Shown here: positions 57,897 to 64,000 of the stretch, piece after piece
Numbering within the stretch: position 1 is the first letter of the stretch
Layout: each line of letters starts with the position of its first letter
The notes under the pieces: generated by a model
What the model was told of the DNA's origin: nothing
Databases searched by the model: none
What the model saw: only the letters and a program-made list of their open reading frames with translations
Translations under genes and position numbers: made by a program
Assembly: GCA_031414955.1 (NCBI GenBank)
Contig: JANOQV010000305.1
Span: 15,885 to 79,884, forward strand
Direction of reading: 5' to 3'
From: Pedosphaera sp.
GTDB taxonomy: Bacteria > Verrucomicrobiota > Verrucomicrobiia > Limisphaerales > SIBH01
Length of the DNA stretch: 64,000 nucleotides

Positions 57897-58203
57897 GCGC
57901 GTTCTTGGTTCGGGTGGTGTGTTAGGCCAAAGCCCGCCACGATGCAATCGCCGGTTTTGGCCGGCTTGGGATGGATGGCGGCGGACCAGCCTGAGCTGGA
58001 GAGCGGCTGGCTCCGAAGGACGGGCGGCAGAAGTGCGGCCCAAGGAACCGGCCCACCGAATTCACAAACCGCTCGTGCCCTGGACCTGCTCCGCTCAGTC
58101 GAAAGCAATCCCACGGTCGCCCAATTTAGTCGTGCGAAGATTTCAAACTTGGAACCGGCTCCGAACCGGGCGCACTATCCACCTGCTCGGTCTCAACGGA
58201 ACC

Positions 58204-59280
58204 ATGTTTATGATAAAGCCTTTGCTATTTTTGTCCGGCGCCCTGCTCCTAGCGGGTGGGATGCAAGCGCCGGCCGCCACGCTCGCGGTGTTCGCCGGCG
58301 GCGGCGCCAAGACCACGGGCTTCACCACTGACTGTCGGCTGGCCGATCCGTTCGCCACGGATTTCGACGCCACGGGCCATACCTTCATCTGCGAGATGAC
58401 GAACAACCGTGTGCTCAAAGTGGACGGACGCGGAATGTTGTCGGTGTTTGCCGGCACCACGAAGAAAGGCGCGGCGGGCGATGGCGGGCCGGCGGCGCAA
58501 GCGGAATTCAACGGGCCGCATCACCTCGTGGTGGCGAAAAATGGCGATGTGCTCATCGCCGATACCTGGAACCGGAAGATTCGCCACATCGACGCGCAGA
58601 CGGGAATCATCAGCACGATCGCCGGGACGGGTGCGCAGGGTTACAAGGGCGACGGCGGTCCGGCCATGGGCGCGGACTTCAGCGGCATCTACTCGCTGTC
58701 GTTCGACGCGGCGCAGGAGAATCTTTTTCTCGCCGATCTGGAGAACCGCCGCGTGCGCGCCATCGATATGAGAAGCGGCGTGGTGCGGCTCATCGCGGGC
58801 AACGGACAGAAGGGCGTGCCGGCGGACGGCAGCGACGCGGCAAACTCGCCGCTGGTCGATCCTCGCGCGGTGGCGGTGGCGCAGAATGGGGAAGTTTACA
58901 TCCTGGAGCGCAGCGGCCACGCGCTGCGGGTGGTGGATGCGAAGGGGAAAATCCGTACCGTCGTCGGCTCCGGCAAGGCCGGCGGTCTGACCTCCACGAC
59001 CAACCCGCTCGAAGTTACCTTGAACGGCCCCAAACATTTGTGGGTGGATCGCGACGAGACCGTGCTCATCGCAGACACGGAGAACCACGTTGTCCGCCGC
59101 TATCTGCCGAAGGAAAAAAAAGTGGTGCTGGTGGCCGGGACCGGGAAGCGCGGCCTTGAATTCAACCCCGACCCGTTGAAGACGTCGTTGCGCCAGCCGC
59201 ACGGGGTGAACGTGGATGCGAAGGGACGCATCTACATTTCAGACAGCGCGAACAGCCGCGTGTTGAGGCTCACGCCATGA
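58204..59280 (+). CDS. Secreted NHL-repeat beta-propeller protein
   Basis: Signal peptide and repeats AGTG..G..GDGGPA..A.FN.P and IADT.N..IR. Confidence 0.85.
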   Translation: MFMIKPLLFLSGALLLAGGMQAPAATLAVFAGGGAKTTGFTTDCRLADPFATDFDATGHTFICEMTNNRVLKVDGRGMLSVFAGTTKKGAAGDGGPAAQAEFNGPHHLVVAKNGDVLIADTWNRKIRHIDAQTGIISTIAGTGAQGYKGDGGPAMGADFSGIYSLSFDAAQENLFLADLENRRVRAIDMRSGVVRLIAGNGQKGVPADGSDAANSPLVDPRAVAVAQNGEVYILERSGHALRVVDAKGKIRTVVGSGKAGGLTSTTNPLEVTLNGPKHLWVDRDETVLIADTENHVVRRYLPKEKKVVLVAGTGKRGLEFNPDPLKTSLRQPHGVNVDAKGRIYISDSANSRVLRLTP

Positions 59281-59930
59281 CGCGCGATCTCGACGAACTG
59301 TTCGCCAGCAACCGCCGCTGGGCGGAGGACATCCGGCGGCGCGATCCGGAGTTTTTCCAGAAGCTCTCGCGCCAGCAGCGTCCGCGCTACTTGTGGATCG
59401 GCTGCGCGGACAGCCGCGTGCCGGCCAACGACATCGTGGGGCTGATGCCGGGAGAATTGTTCGTGCATCGCAACATCGCCAATGTGCTGGTGCATACCGA
59501 CCTGAACTCGCTCTCCGTGGTTCAGTTCGCGGTGGATGTGCTTCAGGTGGAGCATGTCATTGTGTGCGGCCATTATGGTTGCAGCGGCGTGGGCGTGGCG
59601 TTGCGGCGCGAGCGCGTGGGTCTGGCCGACAACTGGTTGCGCCATGTGCAGGACGTCTGCGGCAAGCATGACAAAATTCTCGGCGGCATTGGCGATGAGA
59701 TTCTGAAGGCCAACCGCTTGTGTGAATTGAACGTGATCGAGCAGGTGGGCAACCTCACTCAAACCACCGTCCTCCAGGATGCCTGGGCGCGCGGCCAGGA
59801 CGTGACGGTCCACGGCTGGATTTACGACATCCGCGATGGACTGCTGCGCGACCTACACGTCTCGGCGACGAATGAACCGGAGTTTGACCAAGCCTACCGC
59901 GAGGCGCTGACCACGCTGCCGATCTGGTGA
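59277..59930 (+). CDS. can: Beta-class carbonic anhydrase
   Basis: WIGCADSRVP, FVHRNIAN and CGHYGC motifs. Confidence 0.95.
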   Translation: MTRDLDELFASNRRWAEDIRRRDPEFFQKLSRQQRPRYLWIGCADSRVPANDIVGLMPGELFVHRNIANVLVHTDLNSLSVVQFAVDVLQVEHVIVCGHYGCSGVGVALRRERVGLADNWLRHVQDVCGKHDKILGGIGDEILKANRLCELNVIEQVGNLTQTTVLQDAWARGQDVTVHGWIYDIRDGLLRDLHVSATNEPEFDQAYREALTTLPIW

Positions 59931-59940
59931 TAGAGTGCTC

Positions 59941-60040
59941 CCGGCGTCCCGCCGGGTCGGAACTGTTGCCCATCGAGAGCGCCTCGACGGAGGAGTGACG
60001 TTGGGATTGGCGCAGAGCGGGAACCCGGCGGGCACGCTGG
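59941..60040. repeat. Degenerate REP-like inverted pair
   Basis: ccggcgtcccgccgggt (59941-59957) and acccggcgggcacgctgg (60023-60040). Confidence 0.55.
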
Positions 60041-60062
60041 TTTCCGTGACGTGAACTGCTTG

Positions 60063-60686
60063 TTACTCCTGCTCCGCCAGCGTCACGAAATTTTCCAGCA
60101 ACTTCAGACCCACCGTCTGGCTTTTCTCGGGATGGAACTGCGTGGCGAACACGTTGCCTTTCCAAACCGAGGAAGCGAACGCCTCTCCGTAGTTCGTGCG
60201 GGTGGCGATGATGCTTTCATCCTCGGGCTGGGGAAAAAAGCTGTGGACGAAATAGACGTGGCTGCCGTTGGGAATGCCCCGGTAAAGCGGGCAGCCGGGC
60301 CGGGTGATGTCGATCTGGTTCCAGCCGATCTGCGGAACTTTCAAGCCCTCGCGCTGATTGAAGCGCACCACCTTGCCTTTGAAGACACCGAGACCGGCGG
60401 CGCAACTGTTGAACTCGGCACTGCTCTCGAAGAGCGCCTGGTAGCCGACGCAGATGCCAAGGAAAGGCTTGTCCGCCGCAATCCACTCGCGCACCGCAGC
60501 CAGCAATTGTTGCCGGCCCATCGCGTTCAGGCAGTCATCAAAAGCGCCGACGCCGGGCAGCACGAGACCGCGTGCGCCGTCGAGGCCTTCCGCGGTTTTG
60601 GTCACGCGGACCTCAGCGCCGGCTTTGAGCAGCGCCTTTTCCACGCTCCGCAAATTGCCGGAACCGTAATCGAGCAAAGCAATCAC
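60063..60686 (-). CDS. hisH: Imidazole glycerol phosphate synthase subunit HisH
   Basis: DYGSGNLRSV, LPGVGAF, GICVG, YFVHSF and TQFHPEKS motifs. GTG at 60686. Confidence 0.95.
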   Translation of the reverse strand: MIALLDYGSGNLRSVEKALLKAGAEVRVTKTAEGLDGARGLVLPGVGAFDDCLNAMGRQQLLAAVREWIAADKPFLGICVGYQALFESSAEFNSCAAGLGVFKGKVVRFNQREGLKVPQIGWNQIDITRPGCPLYRGIPNGSHVYFVHSFFPQPEDESIIATRTNYGEAFASSVWKGNVFATQFHPEKSQTVGLKLLENFVTLAEQE

Positions 60687-60753
60687 GCGCGCACTAAACA
60701 CCAAAAGTCCGGGGACGAAAAAACAAAATGCTCCAGAGTTTAGCCGCAGAGCG

Positions 60754-60931
60754 GCGGCAGAGAGTAGCCCACGGCGTTCGCCGTTGGGTTGGCGCTGGCG
60801 CAGGAACAAGCCCCGTCGGGGCGAAAGAAGCGGGCCTATGTTCGCGCTTGGAGATTCTGTCTTTCGCCCCGATGGGGCTGATGTCTTTCTGCTTGGTCGC
60901 ACGGCTTACGCCGTGGGCTACTCTCTGCCGC
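60754..60931. repeat. ~180-bp fold-back element (REPIN/MITE-like)
   Basis: Perfect 24-bp arms gcggcagagagtagcccacggcgt (60754-60777 / 60908-60931) and inner arms 19/20 complementary (60809-60828 / 60860-60879). Confidence 0.85.
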
Positions 60932-60966
60932 GCCTCTGGCGCTGCCTGTTCTCGGCAATAGGCCGG

Positions 60967-61269
60967 CTACTCCTCGTCGAACTTGCGCTGAAGCAGCGCC
61001 TCGATCTCCTGGACGGCCTTCAGGGCGTCCAGCCCGTCGGCGAGGATGCGGATTTTGCAGCCGGGGCCGGCGGCCAGCATCATCAGACCCATGATGCTCT
61101 TGCCATTGACGGTTTCCCCGTCCTTCTCGACGAAGACCTCACAGTCGAATTGGTTGGCCGTCTTGACGAACATGGCAGCGGGCCGGGCGTGGATGCCAAG
61201 TTTGTTGGCTACGACCAGCTCCTTCTTCACCTTGGTGGCGGTGTTGCTGTCCTTGTGGGAAGCGCTCAT
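60967..61269 (-). CDS. ptsH: HPr family phosphocarrier protein
   Basis: NKLGIHARPA (His15) and NGKSIMGLM (Ser46). Confidence 0.95.
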   Translation of the reverse strand: MSASHKDSNTATKVKKELVVANKLGIHARPAAMFVKTANQFDCEVFVEKDGETVNGKSIMGLMMLAAGPGCKIRILADGLDALKAVQEIEALLQRKFDEE

Positions 61270-61310
61270 GTGTGGGGCGCAGGCTAGGCAAAGCCCGGAG
61301 TTGAATCCAT

Positions 61311-62264
61311 TTATTTTTGCGGAGCCGCCCCACCGTGCATCCGCGCCAGCAGCATCTCGTTCAATTCCTTGGCCGGATTGTGGCCCGCCTGTTTGAGCTT
61401 GGTCTGAAAGGCCGCGACCTCGACCAGTCGGGCCAAATCACGACCCGGTCGCACGGGAATGATCATGTGCGTCACGTTCACATTCAGGATGGAGACGTAT
61501 TGCTCGTCCATGCCCAGGCGATCTACATCCGGCACCTCGTCCCAGACCTTCAAGGTCACCACCAGATCCACCCGCTTGCGGTGGCGGATGCTGCGCACGC
61601 CAAACATCGTCTGCACATTGATGATCCCGATGCCGCGCACCTCCATATGATTGCGCGTCAGCTCCGAACTGGTGCCCATCACGAGGTGGCCGTCCTGGAG
61701 CGACACTTTGGTGATGTCGTCGGCCACGAGACTGTAGCCGCGCTCGATCAGCGCCAGCACGCACTCGCTCTTGCCGATGCCGCTCTCCCCCTTGATGATA
61801 ACGCCCACGCCGAGGATATCGACCATGCTGCCCATCTCCGTGCCACGGGGCGCGAACATCGTCTCCAAGGCCAGCGTGGCCTGGCTGATAAACTTCATGG
61901 TGATGAACGGACACTTGAACACCGGCACATCGTGCTCCTCGGCAATGCGCAGAAACGCCTTGTCTGGATGATAGCCGCGGCAAAAAACCAGGCATGGAAT
62001 CTTGAAGGTGAAGAGCTGGCGGTAGCCCCGTTCGCGCTCGGCCGGCGCAAGCGACTTGAGGAAGTGACACTCGGCGTTGCCCATCACCTGCACGCGCTTG
62101 TTCGCGAAATACTTGGTGAACCCGGCCAGGGCCAGGCCGGGGCGATTCACCGTGGGCTCGCGAATGATACGCTTCAGCCCGTTGGCCCCCGCCAGGAGCT
62201 TGAGTTCCAGTTCATCCGCGTGGTCGGTGTAAAAGCGTTGAACCGTGACGATGTCGCGTTGCAT
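61311..62264 (-). CDS. hprK: HPr(Ser) kinase/phosphorylase
   Basis: NRPGLALAG, GESGIGKSE, LVADD, MEVRGIGII and PVRPGR motifs. Confidence 0.96.
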   Translation of the reverse strand: MQRDIVTVQRFYTDHADELELKLLAGANGLKRIIREPTVNRPGLALAGFTKYFANKRVQVMGNAECHFLKSLAPAERERGYRQLFTFKIPCLVFCRGYHPDKAFLRIAEEHDVPVFKCPFITMKFISQATLALETMFAPRGTEMGSMVDILGVGVIIKGESGIGKSECVLALIERGYSLVADDITKVSLQDGHLVMGTSSELTRNHMEVRGIGIINVQTMFGVRSIRHRKRVDLVVTLKVWDEVPDVDRLGMDEQYVSILNVNVTHMIIPVRPGRDLARLVEVAAFQTKLKQAGHNPAKELNEMLLARMHGGAAPQK

Positions 62265-62416
62265 GGGCGGCAGGCTAGAGGGTGTGCTGGAAAACGGAAA
62301 TCAGAAATCCGCGCGGCGCAAAGGTCGGTTTGCGCGGGGGCAGCAGCGGAGGTTTGGGAGGCGCGGGTGGGGTGTCGCGGTCCGTCAAGTGTCGGCAAGG
62401 TCAAAATGCTTCCACT

Positions 62417-62746
62417 TCAGCGAAGCATCGGAAGGAATTTCCGCACGGATTCGGGCAGCTCAAAACGCCGTTGCACGGCGAAGTCGTTGACCAGGCGGGT
62501 CAGCCAGGCCCGGGAAGTGGAGGCGCTCTTGATGACTGCAAACACCGTCCCAGCTTCCTCAATCAGTTCATACTCGTGAACCTGGAGCCGCACCGGCTCG
62601 GTCTCCCCATGCAGTTGCACTTCCGCGTCGATCGTCCGGGCCGTGGTGTCCAGCTTCAACGCTGTCAGCGTGCCGTACGGTTTCAACACCGCCTGATTGA
62701 TCATCACCACCGCCGCCTTCTCCACCAGCCAGTCTTTTGCGCCCAT
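62417..62746 (-). CDS. Hypothetical protein
   Basis: 109-aa ORF with ATG and globular-looking composition; fills the intergenic gap. Confidence 0.7.
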   Translation of the reverse strand: MGAKDWLVEKAAVVMINQAVLKPYGTLTALKLDTTARTIDAEVQLHGETEPVRLQVHEYELIEEAGTVFAVIKSASTSRAWLTRLVNDFAVQRRFELPESVRKFLPMLR

Positions 62747-62857
62747 AGGCGAAAAGTGAGCGCGGTTGGCGGTGGTCGGTCAACTGTCCTGTGAACATAT
62801 CTTCGCATCCCGATGCCTTGATTTAATTATCTACGACTGCCAGATTGCCTCCAACTG

Positions 62858-64000
62858 ATGAGTAACAAGGCCAACAACGGGGCGATGCTGGAAAAACTGC
62901 TGCGCGAACGCATCGCCATCATCGACGGGGCGATGGGCACGACCATCCGCACCTACGGGATGAAGGAGGCGGACATGCGCGGCGCGCGCTTTGCCGACTC
63001 GAAGAAGGATCTGCTCAACAACGGCGACCTGTTCTCGCTGACGCAGCCGAAGATGATCTGCGACATCCACCGGCGCTTCCTCGAGGCCGGTGCGGACATC
63101 ATCGAGACGAACACGTTTTCGGCCACAAGCATCGGCCAGAGCGAATTTTTCGTGGACGACCCGCGCGAACACGGCGGGCGCAAAGACCCGGCGTTCTACC
63201 AGAAGATTATCGACGACAAGTTTCTCAACGAACTCGCGTGGGAGATCAACGAAGAGTCCGCGCGCCAGTGCCGCGAGTGGGCCGACCGCGTGGCGAACCA
63301 GGACGGCAGGCCACGCTTCGTCGCCGGAGCCATCGGGCCGCTCACAGTCTCGCTCTCGAACTCCCCGGATGCCGACGACGCGGGCTTTCGCGTCTGCACG
63401 TTCGATCAGGTGAAGCAGGCTTACATCAACCAGGTGCGTGCGCTCATCGCGGGCGGCTCGGACTTCCTGCTGGTCGAGACGATCTTCGATTCGCTCAACG
63501 CTAAAGCGGCGCTGGTGGCGATTCAGGAAGTCTTCGATGCGGACAAGGTTCGTCTCCCGATCTCGATCTCCGCCGCCGTCGGCCGCGGGGGCGAGACGAT
63601 GATTTCCGCCCAGACCATCGAGGCTTATTGGAATGCCGTGAAGCATGTGCAGCCGCTGTCCGTGGGGCTGAACTGTTCGCTGGGGCCGGACCTGATGAGG
63701 CCGTTCCTTGCAGAGTTGTCGGAGAAAGCTGGTTGCGCGATTTCATGTTATCCCAACGCTGGCTTACCCAATCCGCTTTCACCGACCGGCTTCGACCTGA
63801 AGCCGGAGGACATGGGCAATTTCCTCAGCGAGTTCGCGCAGAGCGGATTGATCAACATCGCCGGCGGTTGCTGCGGGAACACGCCGGAGCACATCTCCGC
63901 CATCGCCAAGGCGCTGGAAGGCCGGCATCCGCGTGAGCTTGGAGCGCCGATTTCCAAATCGGCACGATCGTTCGCGCCCGCCCGCAAAGCCGATTTGGAA
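62858..64000 (+). CDS. metH: Cobalamin-dependent methionine synthase, homocysteine-binding N-terminal domain (3'-truncated by the window; absent from the ORF track)
   Basis: Manual translation gives RIAIIDGAMGT, AGADIIETNTF, GLNCSLGP, YPNAGLPN and GGCCGNTPEHI. Confidence 0.93.
   Translation, partial: MSNKANNGAMLEKLLRERIAIIDGAMGTTIRTYGMKEADMRGARFADSKKDLLNNGDLFSLTQPKMICDIHRRFLEAGADIIETNTFSATSIGQSEFFVDDPREHGGRKDPAFYQKIIDDKFLNELAWEINEESARQCREWADRVANQDGRPRFVAGAIGPLTVSLSNSPDADDAGFRVCTFDQVKQAYINQVRALIAGGSDFLLVETIFDSLNAKAALVAIQEVFDADKVRLPISISAAVGRGGETMISAQTIEAYWNAVKHVQPLSVGLNCSLGPDLMRPFLAELSEKAGCAISCYPNAGLPNPLSPTGFDLKPEDMGNFLSEFAQSGLINIAGGCCGNTPEHISAIAKALEGRHPRELGAPISKSARSFAPARKADLE
63941..64000. 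repeat. REP-like inverted pair inside the metH coding sequence
   Basis: ggagcgccgatttccaaatcggc (63941-63963). Its complement starts at 63989 (gccgatttggaa) and runs off the window. Confidence 0.75.

Noticed and set aside
1..64000. rRNA, tRNA, integrase/transposase, prophage or defence systems
   Set aside because: None recognised by eye. tRNAscan-SE, Infernal and DefenseFinder would be needed to exclude them formally.

Overview
GC-rich bacterial chromosomal segment, most likely from the Verrucomicrobiota (Pedosphaera/Limisphaera-like). That assignment is inferred from the PVC-type CxxCH proteins, the lamin-tail/CotH and Ig-repeat exoproteins, and the repeat families. About 40 genes are present. 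Housekeeping genes include hup, gluQ, sdhCAB, infA, metF, metH (cut by the window end), hisH, hprK-ptsH, can and galM. There are three giant secreted multidomain proteins with a similar C-terminal tail, a FecR-TPR-beta-barrel receptor plus CHASE2 adenylate cyclase operon, two PVC heme-c dehydrogenase-like proteins (one frameshifted) and Tat-exported oxidoreductases. I saw no rRNA, tRNA, CRISPR array or transposase. The main unexplained structure is as follows. (1) 7-nt tandem arrays and REP-like palindromes sit inside coding sequences, and one array coincides with a frameshift that a single extra unit would repair. (2) An ORF6N gene is inserted between sdhA and sdhB and carries three copies of one palindrome, two of them inside its own ORF. 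(3) Back-to-back sigma54-like promoters link the receptor/cyclase operon to an Ig-repeat exoprotein. (4) The exoproteins share a putative C-terminal sorting domain. All family calls come from motif recognition by eye; no database searches were run.
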